Part shown: in pieces, positions 15,097 through 25,028 of the stretch
Numbering within the stretch: position 1 is the first letter of the stretch
How the letters are laid out: each line of letters starts with the position of its first letter
Origin: a virus
Lineage: Duplodnaviria; Caudoviricetes
Direction: 5' to 3' (one strand)
DNA length: 36,807 nucleotides
IMG/VR virus record: IMGVR_UViG_3300030104_003825
Coordinates: 1 to 36,807 of that record
Notes under the pieces: generated by a model
Told to the model about the DNA's origin: nothing
Databases searched by the model: none
The model's input: only the letters and a program-made list of their open reading frames with translations
Position numbers and translations under genes: made by a program

Positions 15097-15920
15097 TAGA
15101 ATGGTCGACCAGATGGTTTTCCTTCTTGTTTTACAGGATTCGCTCCTGGGTTCGCGGTCGTGGATTCTTGCTCATACTTCACATTAACATTGCCCTTTAG
15201 ACAGCTGTCATAGAATCCCATTGCAGCATCAAGTGTCATTTGATTCTGAACAGGACCAATGTGAGATATCTTCCAACCATACCATGTACCTTTTGCATTT
15301 TTTTCAAGCACAGTAGTTAGTAAATATCTTTGCGTGAACATAGCAGGGGTATAAAAACCCTTACCATCCGATCGTTTTTCCTTTACACTTCTCATCATAG
15401 AATTCCACATCTTAGATTTCTTTCTTTGAGTGGCTTTCATACTCATGAGTGCAGACTCTTGTGGGATACCTTCTGATACCCTTATTACAAAATGTGATGC
15501 AGTTTCTTGAACATAATTACCGTTTGGTAATCTATCTAAGTTCTGATCATCTCTTGTAGTCTGCGCAAGAATATTAGAATCAGCTGAGTGTGTGGCAGCT
15601 GGTGCGTTTGCACCTTCTTGCCTATCAGGCCATTCTAAATACTCAAGCTTGTAATAACAAGGAACAACTTCAATACCTTTAGTTCCATCAAACAGATCTT
15701 GTGTTACACTATTAAAGATCATGCCTGGTCTTGCTTCAGGTATGAAAGCTGGATCACCTTGAGTTACTTGTGGAGACAATTGACCGAGCACCTTAAGAAA
15801 AGGTAGCGCTAGATCTTTTGCACCCATTTGCTCAAACCCCTTATCTGCTAGATCTTCTCCAACAGATGCTATTGAGAAGTTTGGCTTAACTTGAACGTTT
15901 CCGTTTTTCGCTTTCGTCAT
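15096..15920 (-). CDS. Putative single-stranded DNA-binding protein
   Basis: DLALPFLKVLGQLSPQV pattern, flexible tail ending PF, position next to the primase. Confidence 0.55.
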   Translation of the reverse strand: MTKAKNGNVQVKPNFSIASVGEDLADKGFEQMGAKDLALPFLKVLGQLSPQVTQGDPAFIPEARPGMIFNSVTQDLFDGTKGIEVVPCYYKLEYLEWPDRQEGANAPAATHSADSNILAQTTRDDQNLDRLPNGNYVQETASHFVIRVSEGIPQESALMSMKATQRKKSKMWNSMMRSVKEKRSDGKGFYTPAMFTQRYLLTTVLEKNAKGTWYGWKISHIGPVQNQMTLDAAMGFYDSCLKGNVNVKYEQESTTANPGANPVKQEGKPSGRPF

Positions 15921-16486
15921 TATATTTTCTCTTTCGTTTTTATTTTTGTTCTATTAGCCACATAGATACTAAACAAATCGGCAGGCAATGTTACACCTGC
16001 TTCGGTTTGTTCCCTTACGAACTGCTTAAGTTGCATGGCGTTCACTTCTTGTTTTTGAACGGGTCTATAGTTTGCTTTAATCAAAAGCTCCAGAACGTGT
16101 TGAGCTTTTGCATCGTCACCAGCAGTAAAAGATACTCCAACATTATTACGAATCAAGTCTGCGTGATTGTTATCACGTAACCATTTGAACGCCTCTTCTT
16201 GACGATCTTTTGATATTCTTGCTCCGTAAAAAGGAGTGATCTTTACTGATGTTCCGTCAGCCAAATCAAGTGCCGATACACCTGCTTCAGTCATGAGATT
16301 AGGAATTGTCTCTTCTGAAAGAAATAACGCATCTTTTTTCTTCTTCTTTAGTTGTTCTTCTAAATCCGTTATTTCGTTCTCTGTTTCCTGAAGCTCAGTA
16401 CACTTCGCAGATATCGTTTTGATTTGTTCGTCTGATGCTTTTATAAAAGCACCTGACACTTTTTGTATGTCTAGTTGTTTTACCAT
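15920..16486 (-). CDS. Conserved phage replication-module protein (188 aa)
   Basis: Coiled coil, then IP.LM.E.G...L.DG and AF.WLR.N. Start reassigned to ATG 16486 (GGAGG SD); the TTG at 16531 is a -35 box. Confidence 0.8.
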   Translation of the reverse strand: MVKQLDIQKVSGAFIKASDEQIKTISAKCTELQETENEITDLEEQLKKKKKDALFLSEETIPNLMTEAGVSALDLADGTSVKITPFYGARISKDRQEEAFKWLRDNNHADLIRNNVGVSFTAGDDAKAQHVLELLIKANYRPVQKQEVNAMQLKQFVREQTEAGVTLPADLFSIYVANRTKIKTKEKI

Positions 16487-16503
16487 AACGACCTCCGCTG
16501 CTG

Positions 16504-16531
16504 AAAATAAACTATTGATTTTTAAAGTCAA
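16504..16531 (-). promoter_or_regulatory. Sigma70-type promoter of the replication operon
   Basis: TTGACT-N16-TATTTT in the divergent gap. Confidence 0.6.
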
Positions 16532-16551
16532 GTATTTTATTAACGTGGGAG

Positions 16552-17976
16552 ATGGTAACTAAATATAATTTTAAGACTAAACCTTTTGCACACCAATTAG
16601 AGGCATTAGAAAAATGTTGGGACCAAAAAACATATGCCTTATTTATGGAAATGGGGACTGGTAAAACTAAAGTTTTACTAGACAATATTGGTGTTTTAAG
16701 ATCACAAAACCTTATAAATGGTGCATTAATTATTGCACCTAAATCAGTCTATACAGTTTGGCATAATACAGAAATACCTAAACATTTAAACGTTGAATAT
16801 GATGTTTTATTGTGGAAAAGCACAATGGTTAAGCAAAAATTAGTTAATTTTATGCACAAACCATCAGTAAAACTTAAGATTTTTGTTATGAATATTGAAG
16901 CTTTGTCAGGAGATAAAGGCTCATTTTGGGCAGAAACGTTTTGCAACTTACACGATGCTATGGTTGTAGTTGACGAATCAACGTGTGTAAAAAACTATCA
17001 AGCAAGAAGAACCAAAAATATTATAAAACTTAGAAAAAGATCAAAGTACAGAAGAATATTATCTGGATTTCCTACTCCTAAAAATCCTTTGGATTTATAT
17101 ACGCAATGTAATTTTTTAGATCCTGCCCATCTTGGATTCAATTCGATCGTAGCTTTTAGAAATAGATATTGTTATTTTGAAACTTTATTTTTAGGAGGCA
17201 GACAAATCAATGTGCCCGTAGGTTTTACAAATCTAGCAGAGATAGAAGCTAAACTTAAAAACTTTGCCTACAGAAAAACTAAAAAAGAATGTTTAGACTT
17301 ACCTGAAAAAATTTATACAAGAAGAAATATACAATTAACTGATGAACAACAAAAGTTGTACGATGATATAAGACTACAAGCCAGGGCCCATCTTAGAGAT
17401 CAAGAACTTACAGTAACTAATGTTGTTACAGAAATTTTAAGATTGCACCAAATAACTTGTGGATATTTTAAATCACGAGAGGGTGAAATATTAAGTGTAA
17501 AAAACAAAAGACTTGATGCGTTAGTAGATATTTGTGAAGATACCGATCAAAAAATAATTATTTGGTCAACTTATGTTTATAATATAGAACAAATAAATAG
17601 AGAGTTAATTAAAAAATTTGGAGCTGAATCTGTCGTTACCTTTTATGGTGCCACATCATCTGAATCAAGAACTGATGCAATAGAAAGATTTCAAAATGAT
17701 CCAAAGTGTAGATTTTTTGTTGGTAACCCTGCTACTGGAGGTATGGGTATAACTTTGACAAAAGCTGGAGTAGTTGTTTATTACTCAAATAGCTATAATG
17801 CAGAACATCGGGTACAGTCGGAAGATAGAGCGCATCGAATTGGTCAAGACCAGAAGGTAACTTACATTGATTTTGTCGCTGAAAAAACAGTTGATGAAAA
17901 AATATTAAAGGCTCTAGACTCAAAATTTAAACTTTCTGCAAAGACTCTTGGCGAGGTTGTGCGTGATTGGTTTTAA
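16552..17976 (+). CDS. SNF2-family (SF2) helicase/ATPase
   Basis: PFAHQ (Q motif), MEMGTGKT, VVDES, LSGFP, GGMGITLT, QSEDRAHRIGQ. Confidence 0.95.
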   Translation: MVTKYNFKTKPFAHQLEALEKCWDQKTYALFMEMGTGKTKVLLDNIGVLRSQNLINGALIIAPKSVYTVWHNTEIPKHLNVEYDVLLWKSTMVKQKLVNFMHKPSVKLKIFVMNIEALSGDKGSFWAETFCNLHDAMVVVDESTCVKNYQARRTKNIIKLRKRSKYRRILSGFPTPKNPLDLYTQCNFLDPAHLGFNSIVAFRNRYCYFETLFLGGRQINVPVGFTNLAEIEAKLKNFAYRKTKKECLDLPEKIYTRRNIQLTDEQQKLYDDIRLQARAHLRDQELTVTNVVTEILRLHQITCGYFKSREGEILSVKNKRLDALVDICEDTDQKIIIWSTYVYNIEQINRELIKKFGAESVVTFYGATSSESRTDAIERFQNDPKCRFFVGNPATGGMGITLTKAGVVVYYSNSYNAEHRVQSEDRAHRIGQDQKVTYIDFVAEKTVDEKILKALDSKFKLSAKTLGEVVRDWF

Positions 17977-18625
17977 ATTCTTCAACTCTTTTCCACCATT
18001 TATCTTTATACTCATCTAGTTTACTTCCAGACAATTCAAATTCTTGAAATACTAAACCAGTTGAAGCCATTAGAATTGTGCCACCATCAATTTTACCATA
18101 TTGTTTCTCGTGTGCACAGATGTAAGCTGTAAGCTGAAGGTAGTAATCTTCTACCCATTCTTCTTTTTTGGGTTTATTTGTTTGTTTAAAATCCAGGATT
18201 GTAGGTTTTTTTCTAAATACTCCAACACAGTCCATAGTCCCTGCGTATTCATTTGGATATGCTATATTTTGTTCTACACCCCATATTTCATCTAAATATA
18301 TAAAACCTTTAGATATGATTAAATTAGCCATTTTATGAGCTATAGGAGCATCGTGGGCAGGCGTATCGAAGTTATTGGTATGCACGTACCTCTCAAGCAT
18401 TTCATGCATAATTGAGCCTCTTTCAGCTGCTTCTTTCATTATTCTTTGAGCTTCAGCCTCACCAACTCTTTCTCTCCATGCCTTAATTCCGTCAGAATCT
18501 ACTTTTGTTTTTGACAGAATTGTGGTCACTGATGGAAGTTTATCCTTACCATCTAGATAAACTCTTCGTCCCCGGTCCGTTGTCCGAGTGTACTGCTTAT
18601 AGTTGTATTTGTTTGTGACCTTCAC
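17927..18625 (-). CDS. PD-(D/E)xK exonuclease (RecB/MGME1-like)
   Basis: LPSVTTIL, RGS.MH, YAGTMD, ILDFKQT, YYLQLTAY; GTG start. Confidence 0.9.
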   Translation of the reverse strand: MKVTNKYNYKQYTRTTDRGRRVYLDGKDKLPSVTTILSKTKVDSDGIKAWRERVGEAEAQRIMKEAAERGSIMHEMLERYVHTNNFDTPAHDAPIAHKMANLIISKGFIYLDEIWGVEQNIAYPNEYAGTMDCVGVFRKKPTILDFKQTNKPKKEEWVEDYYLQLTAYICAHEKQYGKIDGGTILMASTGLVFQEFELSGSKLDEYKDKWWKRVEEFKTNHAQPRQESLQKV

Positions 18626-18638
18626 TAACGAAGGATTA

Positions 18639-18842
18639 TCATACTGGAGTATTAAGTAAAGAAAAAACTAAGGTGCATAAACCTATAATGACCATTCCAG
18701 CTATACCTATTAGTATTTTTTCAATTCTATTAACCTGAGATTGTAAATCTGAAATCTTATCATGTGTTTGTTTTTGCATGATTCGACATAATTTTTCATG
18801 ACTATCTATTCTATTATGTGCTAGTTCTGCTGTTTTAGCCAT
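18639..18842 (-). CDS. Small membrane-anchored coiled-coil protein (XhlA/holin-like)
   Basis: RIDSHEKLC...RIEKILIG plus a C-terminal hydrophobic helix; last gene of the structural operon. Confidence 0.55.
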   Translation of the reverse strand: MAKTAELAHNRIDSHEKLCRIMQKQTHDKISDLQSQVNRIEKILIGIAGMVIIGLCTLVFSLLNTPV

Positions 18843-21751
18843 TATCCTTGTCCCCTTCTACTTGCAATAGTATTTCCTAATGGGTCAAAAGGAAATAATT
18901 GACCATAATCTACAGGTTGTACTCCAGGTCCCGGAATTCTAAGTCCTTGTTGTCTTGGAAGAGTTGTAGGTGATATTGTTTGATTTTCAGGCATTGTGTT
19001 TACTGCTCTTGCCATCATTGCTTCTTCTTCCATATTAGCTGGTAGACCACCTATTTGTTGAGTTAAATATTCTATATCAGGTAATGTATCTACTGCTTTA
19101 ATCCCTTCTTCTTCATTTAAACCAAGATACATATTTTCCTCATCTTTTTTATTCATGTTTAAATTTGTAAGAGGTTCTACTGGTGATTTTGTTTGGTCTA
19201 AAATTTTAAATATTTCTTGCATTGATGCATCGCTCTCATCAAACTTATAATCTTCTGGCACATAATCATTTAATGTTGCGTTAGCCAATTTTGCCAAATG
19301 AAACCTTGAGAAGGTAGATAACCCACCAAATTTACCAGGTTGTTCTAAAAAGTTTTTAAAAGCAGAATTAATTACATTCATAGCATTTGGATTAGATAAA
19401 ATTCCATTTGCTTTGTTACCTAAAAATAGTGTTACTGCCATAGGAAAGAATCCCATACCATATGCACCAGCACCTACTGCAATGTTTGGACCTGATAAAA
19501 CTAATCTTCTAGCTAAGAAAGTTGATGCCTCAGGCACTACATAAGATTTTACCGCATCCATATAACTTAATAAATCATCATAACTTTTTAAAAGTTGATT
19601 TGCTTTTTCTTGACCAAAAATAATTCTCATCTGTGTAGCTGATGCTTCGTTAGGTAATACTAATTTTCTAAAAATATCTGCATCAAAGTAAACATTGCCA
19701 CCACCTAAATTTTTTGCAGGTAATCCATTTGGCATTAATAAATCATCAACAGTTTTGTAGGGTTGTCCCAACATTGCTTTTTGTTGTTCTTTTAATAAAT
19801 AACTTTCAATCCAATCACCCATTGCATTTTTTTCAATCGGTCTAAAAGACATTTGATAAGCATTTCCTACATGCGCACCCCATAATTTTTGTAAACTTTC
19901 ATTACCTTCTTTAGAGCCTTTCTTAACTAAATCTGTTTTAAAAGCAGTATTACCTGATGCGTCTACAAATGGAGTTACTTTATGAACATCTGAATCTAAA
20001 AGTTTTTGTAAATCTGTAATAGCTTCAAAACTCATTCCATTTTTAGTTTGAAAAATATTTCTACTTATTGTTTTTAACATTTCGTCTTTATAAGTATTTC
20101 CTGCCTTGTAAAAATCTATCATCTGTTTATAGCTTAATGCGTTTTGATCAAACGCAGCTAGTTTTCTTGCAGTTAAAGATTCGAAAGTTTTTATGTTGTT
20201 TGCATAATATTCAAATGCATGTTCAATATTTTCTTTCAGTTCTAATTTTTTTGCTTGTGTTAATCCAGTTTCACCAACAGTTGTTTTCACTTCTGCTTGT
20301 ACTAAATTACCACCAGTCTCAATCATATCTTTTGTAGCTACATTTTCTCTTAATGTAATTTGTCGTCCAGGTGACAAGTCCATTTTTGCAAAGTCTTCTT
20401 CTAAAGCTTTTTGTAACTGCGTATAAATCATTTGACTTGGTTCATTTTTAGATAATTGAGCTGTAGATTTATTTAGCATTGTTCTCAAAAAAGAATATTC
20501 TGAAATAGATATGGGTCTATTTTTACTAGCTAATTCTTGATACGCTGCAATAAATTGACCGAAAGGTGTTGTTAAATCCTGTTCTTGTAAAAATGCCTTA
20601 AGTTCTGGTGGTGCCGTTGTGTCTCTCTGTAATGCTTTAAAATATGCGTTTACGTTGTTTAAATCTATAACTCTTGGGTCACCAAATGCTCTAGCTTGGT
20701 TTAAAAATCTATTAAAATTTATACTATTAATATTCATGAACTTTTCGTATGTTTTTAAAACTTGATTAGCAGCTTTTTCAGATGATTGTGCTGCAATAGC
20801 TAAGTGCATACCTGGCTGTAATTCAAATATTTTAGCAGATACATCATTGAATTGTTTAATAGCGCCTAGCTGAGCTTGTGCAGCCGGTCTTCCTATATAT
20901 GGTAATTGACCAAAAATTCTATTAATACCTTTTAAAATTTTACCACCGATTGTATTAGGATCTGAAGCCATGATGTAAGTAAGTTTTAAATTATTTTTTT
21001 TAGCTATTTCTGCCATCGCTCTTGCATAAGGAGTTTCAAGACCAAACATTTTTCTTAAGCCGTACATACTACTTGCAGTTAAAGGGCCTAATAATTCTGC
21101 ACCAGCATTAAAAGTAAGTCCAACTCTAAAATCGTCTAGAGCTCTTAACAATGGATTTTTTATCATCATATCTTTGTAAGTAACATCTCCAACTTTTTTC
21201 TTAAGATCCAATTGATCTCTTGCTATTTCATCAGCTAAATCGTATGCAAGACCACCTGCTGAGTAACCCATTGCTCCGGCTAAAGCTGCTCTCATAGCAC
21301 CTTGAGCTGCAACAGTTCCACCCATACCCATGGCGGTAGCACCTACTTGTTTAATCCCAGTTACTGTTTTATTTAACAATGGATTTTTGAATGTAGATTT
21401 AATTTTATTTAAATCACCTATAAATTTTTTAGGATTTAGCATAGCTCCGGCTAATCTTTTTCTATCTAGAAATAATGATGCAGTAAGAAATCCAATATCA
21501 GTATACATTTGTACATTATCTCTATTTACTGTATCAGATGTCATTTCTGCAATAGGATCTGCCATCATTCTTTTTTCTGCAGCAACAACCTTTGCAGCTT
21601 CGTTCTGTTTATTTTCCATAACTCCTAATGGAGGCACATCAATCACACCTTTTTTTTGAAGAGTATCAATAAATACTTTTTGTTGTGCATTTAAATTACG
21701 AAGATCTATTCTATTAGATTGCAGCAATGATTCTAATTCTTTGATATTCAT
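18842..21751 (-). CDS. Large internal virion (ejection) protein, putative
   Basis: 969 aa, helical with Ala/Gly-rich hydrophobic segments; position matches podovirus core proteins. Confidence 0.6.
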   Translation of the reverse strand: MNIKELESLLQSNRIDLRNLNAQQKVFIDTLQKKGVIDVPPLGVMENKQNEAAKVVAAEKRMMADPIAEMTSDTVNRDNVQMYTDIGFLTASLFLDRKRLAGAMLNPKKFIGDLNKIKSTFKNPLLNKTVTGIKQVGATAMGMGGTVAAQGAMRAALAGAMGYSAGGLAYDLADEIARDQLDLKKKVGDVTYKDMMIKNPLLRALDDFRVGLTFNAGAELLGPLTASSMYGLRKMFGLETPYARAMAEIAKKNNLKLTYIMASDPNTIGGKILKGINRIFGQLPYIGRPAAQAQLGAIKQFNDVSAKIFELQPGMHLAIAAQSSEKAANQVLKTYEKFMNINSINFNRFLNQARAFGDPRVIDLNNVNAYFKALQRDTTAPPELKAFLQEQDLTTPFGQFIAAYQELASKNRPISISEYSFLRTMLNKSTAQLSKNEPSQMIYTQLQKALEEDFAKMDLSPGRQITLRENVATKDMIETGGNLVQAEVKTTVGETGLTQAKKLELKENIEHAFEYYANNIKTFESLTARKLAAFDQNALSYKQMIDFYKAGNTYKDEMLKTISRNIFQTKNGMSFEAITDLQKLLDSDVHKVTPFVDASGNTAFKTDLVKKGSKEGNESLQKLWGAHVGNAYQMSFRPIEKNAMGDWIESYLLKEQQKAMLGQPYKTVDDLLMPNGLPAKNLGGGNVYFDADIFRKLVLPNEASATQMRIIFGQEKANQLLKSYDDLLSYMDAVKSYVVPEASTFLARRLVLSGPNIAVGAGAYGMGFFPMAVTLFLGNKANGILSNPNAMNVINSAFKNFLEQPGKFGGLSTFSRFHLAKLANATLNDYVPEDYKFDESDASMQEIFKILDQTKSPVEPLTNLNMNKKDEENMYLGLNEEEGIKAVDTLPDIEYLTQQIGGLPANMEEEAMMARAVNTMPENQTISPTTLPRQQGLRIPGPGVQPVDYGQLFPFDPLGNTIASRRGQG

Positions 21752-23736
21752 TAATTATCTCCTACAATTTTCATGTCACCAAAAAGAACATCAGAAATTT
21801 GATCTAAATCACCAGCACTATTATCAATTATTTGGGATAGATTTTTTTCAAAACCTTTTAACTGACTCATTTCTTTTTGTTTAGATAAATCTATTATTTT
21901 GTCGTATCCAAAAATTTGATCAGACATAATCCCTATTGATTCTGCAACACCTAAATCTTTTCTTATAGATTCTTCTAGTTCTTTTTTAATTACAAGATAT
22001 TGAGAAATAACTTTTGTTGGTGATTTAAAAAACCCAAATTGTCCAGTTAATTTTTCAGCTCTCTCAATATCTCTTACAGCAAGTCTGTCTTTGTCTTTTA
22101 AAATATTTGCAAGGGCATAAGATGTTAAAAGTTCAATAGCTCTTAAAGAAGCTTGTTTACGTAGAGTGTCACTTTCACTAGAATTTACTGTTCCTAATTC
22201 TTTTTTTATTTTATCAAAATAACTTTTCCCTGCTTCTAATTCTGCCTTTGCTTCGTCTGTTGAAATTTCTCCAGCCTCTAATCTTTTATTAATATCTGTA
22301 TTGTATTGTTCTTTTTGATCTCTATATTCTTTATTCAATTTTTCAAATGAAGTTTCTCCAAAATATTGCGCAAATATATCTTTTCCTGCTAATACAAATT
22401 CTGCTAGAGAACCTTTAGAACCAATTAAATCTGGGTCATTTATAGTTAATTCCAATGCATTATTTATACCTCTTAAAGCATTAGCTTTAATTGCAATTTG
22501 TTTATTTACTCTTTCAATATCGTCTGCTTCAGGAGCGTTCATTATTGTATACATTTTATTTGATACATCTATATATCCACCAGGCACTTTTATTTGTACG
22601 TTACCTTCTTCTGAAGTTCTTCCTCTAAAAGTTTTCATTTCACCATCTATTGGCACTCTGATTAATTTATTATCTGGTGAAAATTTAAGATTTTTATCTT
22701 TTTTCATATTTCCTAACATTGCTTTTTTAAGTTCTGTTTCATCTTTTCTTCTTTCATCTTCTAAAGCTAAAGCCATAGGTATTACATTCTGGCCTGCTTT
22801 ACCTAACACATCTAAAAATCCTTTGAACCCTGGTTGATCTGTTCTACCAGTTAATAAATTAGAAGCTAATTGTAATAACAATAATTTGTTTGATCTTTTG
22901 TCATCACCCATAATATCATCAACTGCATTATCTAATTGTAAAGCAAGAGCACTTTTTTGTGGGTTATCTGAAAAAAATGTATCCATGTTTTCAAAAAAAA
23001 ATTGTTTTGCTTTTAGACTTTGATCATCTCTATTTTTTTGTTCGTTCACAACAACATCGTTAGGTATGTCGTCAATGGTTTCAGTTTCTTCGGTTACATC
23101 TACAACAACTCCAGGATCTGTTGGATCTTTACCATTAGGTTTTACATCAAGACCAGTTAATTGATTTTTTTCTATTTCTTCATTAATAACATTAGGCACT
23201 GCGTCTGGTTTTATTTCAATACCACTATTTTGTTCAGAAGTATTTATTTGTTCAATAATTTCAGAGCCACTCATTCCTGGAAAATCTTTTTCTAGTTGTG
23301 ATTTGACCGGTGCATCTTGACTTATATTAACACTATCTAAATAATCAATTGATGGAGTATTTGGACTTCCTGCTAAAGTTCCGGGTGCTCTTATAGCAGG
23401 ACCTGCTTCTTTCGCCATTCTCTCTGCATATTCTCTATCAAAATCTGAACCTGGAAAATTTGAGAAAAAGTTTGATATTGTTGGGTTTTGTGCTGCAGCA
23501 CTTAATCCGTATAAACTTAATATGTATGGATTTCTTAATCCCAAAAATTTTCCAGTCTTACTTATAGGTGTTCTTATAGCTCCAGGTAAAGAAGCGTATC
23601 TTTGTTGTAAACCTTTTACAGATAACAAAGGTTCTCTATTATAAACTGCAGGAACATTTGGCGATGATGGAGGCATAGGCAGTCTTGTTATACCACCGTT
23701 ATCAAAACTTTTTGGTTTTTTAAGTTTATTTATCAC
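21751..23736 (-). CDS. Internal virion (ejection) protein, putative
   Basis: 661 aa, coiled-coil rich, TAATG-coupled to the next gene; GTG start. Confidence 0.55.
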   Translation of the reverse strand: MINKLKKPKSFDNGGITRLPMPPSSPNVPAVYNREPLLSVKGLQQRYASLPGAIRTPISKTGKFLGLRNPYILSLYGLSAAAQNPTISNFFSNFPGSDFDREYAERMAKEAGPAIRAPGTLAGSPNTPSIDYLDSVNISQDAPVKSQLEKDFPGMSGSEIIEQINTSEQNSGIEIKPDAVPNVINEEIEKNQLTGLDVKPNGKDPTDPGVVVDVTEETETIDDIPNDVVVNEQKNRDDQSLKAKQFFFENMDTFFSDNPQKSALALQLDNAVDDIMGDDKRSNKLLLLQLASNLLTGRTDQPGFKGFLDVLGKAGQNVIPMALALEDERRKDETELKKAMLGNMKKDKNLKFSPDNKLIRVPIDGEMKTFRGRTSEEGNVQIKVPGGYIDVSNKMYTIMNAPEADDIERVNKQIAIKANALRGINNALELTINDPDLIGSKGSLAEFVLAGKDIFAQYFGETSFEKLNKEYRDQKEQYNTDINKRLEAGEISTDEAKAELEAGKSYFDKIKKELGTVNSSESDTLRKQASLRAIELLTSYALANILKDKDRLAVRDIERAEKLTGQFGFFKSPTKVISQYLVIKKELEESIRKDLGVAESIGIMSDQIFGYDKIIDLSKQKEMSQLKGFEKNLSQIIDNSAGDLDQISDVLFGDMKIVGDN

Positions 23737-23739
23737 AGG

Positions 23740-24603
23740 TTACCTCCCTGAGAACGCTGCGTACGCTCCTAATCCTGTTCCAACAGCTTGACCCAATGGA
23801 CTAGGTTGTGGTGAGGATGTTTGAGATAGTCTTGCTTGAGATGCTGATGGTATACCTGATTGAATATCAGATACAAAGGCAACTCTTTGATATGGTTCTT
23901 GAATATTTTGTACAGCTGTTTGACGTGCCGCTTCTAGTCTGCCTTGTTCAATTCCTCTTTCTACTCCACCTAAACCTGCTAATCCTTGTAGTTGACTTTC
24001 TCTTTGACTAATAGCTTGTTGTGCTAAACCTGTCTGACCTTGTGCAGCAGATAAAGCAGTTTGAGCTTCTAAACCTCTTTGGGTTTGTAATTCTCCTAAT
24101 GCTGATTGAAAACCAGCTCCATAAATTTGACCAAGAGTATCAGCTTTGCCTCTTTGTAACTCAGCAATTCCCACACCTTCTCTACCTCCACCAAAATTAC
24201 CACTTGAGATGGCTTGTTGTGCAAGTTGATTTTCACGTTTTTGATAATCCTCTGACACTTGATTGACTACATTTTGAATGTAAGGGTTCATTGCAGCTTG
24301 TACATCTGCTGCAGTAAATGTTTTACCAGCTGCTGTTTGCGCAGCACCTAATGCTGTATCAGCTGCAGTCATCTGTGCCCCTCCAACAGGACCTGATCTA
24401 GCGAGTGCTAAAGCATCTTGTTCTGCTTGAGACATTCCAGCGACTTGAAATGCAGGAGGAGTTGTCTTTGTTCTAGCTAATTCAATAGCAGAATCCATAA
24501 GACCAAGTCTTCTAGCTTCTATTTCTGGTGCTTCTCTTATTGTTTGGACGTTAGTGGTATCTGCTGGTACGTTACCACCTCCGCCTCCTCCACCTGAGCT
24601 CAT
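23740..24603 (-). CDS. DNA injection / pilot-like virion protein, putative
   Basis: Gly/Ala/Gln-rich; MNPYIQNVV...GNFGGGR; C-terminal PSPLGQAVGTGLGAY. Confidence 0.6.
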   Translation of the reverse strand: MSSGGGGGGGNVPADTTNVQTIREAPEIEARRLGLMDSAIELARTKTTPPAFQVAGMSQAEQDALALARSGPVGGAQMTAADTALGAAQTAAGKTFTAADVQAAMNPYIQNVVNQVSEDYQKRENQLAQQAISSGNFGGGREGVGIAELQRGKADTLGQIYGAGFQSALGELQTQRGLEAQTALSAAQGQTGLAQQAISQRESQLQGLAGLGGVERGIEQGRLEAARQTAVQNIQEPYQRVAFVSDIQSGIPSASQARLSQTSSPQPSPLGQAVGTGLGAYAAFSGR

Positions 24604-25028
24604 TTTTTTTCTCCTATAAATTTATCTAATTGAATATGTGATTTAACATATCCTTTTGTTTTTAAAAATCTTTCCCAACCTGGTCTAGCATAAAATTCCA
24701 TTTTACTTACTCCTTGTGTTCTTGCCCATTCTTCCATTGGTTCTAAAAACTTTACCCATAATTCCATTTTCTCCCCTGTAAGTATTCGGAAATTTAACGT
24801 CCGATACTTAGGATACTGTTTTAACTCTGTTACTCCAACTGCGTAAACTTTTTGATCTTTTTCAGACCAAGCTACCCACAATTGCATCAGATTTTTTTTA
24901 ATCTGATCTTTAACATGTTCATGGTCAGCGTATCCACCTGACCTTTCGAGAGCTTTTTGAATATAGTCTTGAACAAAAATCCAAACTTTATCCACCTCTT
25001 CTTCTTTCCATATACGCAACAAATTCAT
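24600..25028 (-). CDS. GNAT-fold protein (T7 gp13-like position)
   Basis: EEWARTQGVSKMEFYARPGWERFL..KGY pattern. Confidence 0.55.
   Translation of the reverse strand: MNLLRIWKEEEVDKVWIFVQDYIQKALERSGGYADHEHVKDQIKKNLMQLWVAWSEKDQKVYAVGVTELKQYPKYRTLNFRILTGEKMELWVKFLEPMEEWARTQGVSKMEFYARPGWERFLKTKGYVKSHIQLDKFIGEKK

Noticed and set aside
17927-18625. Cas4 call for the exonuclease
   Set aside because: It lacks the four-Cys Fe-S motif of Cas4 and has no CRISPR context.
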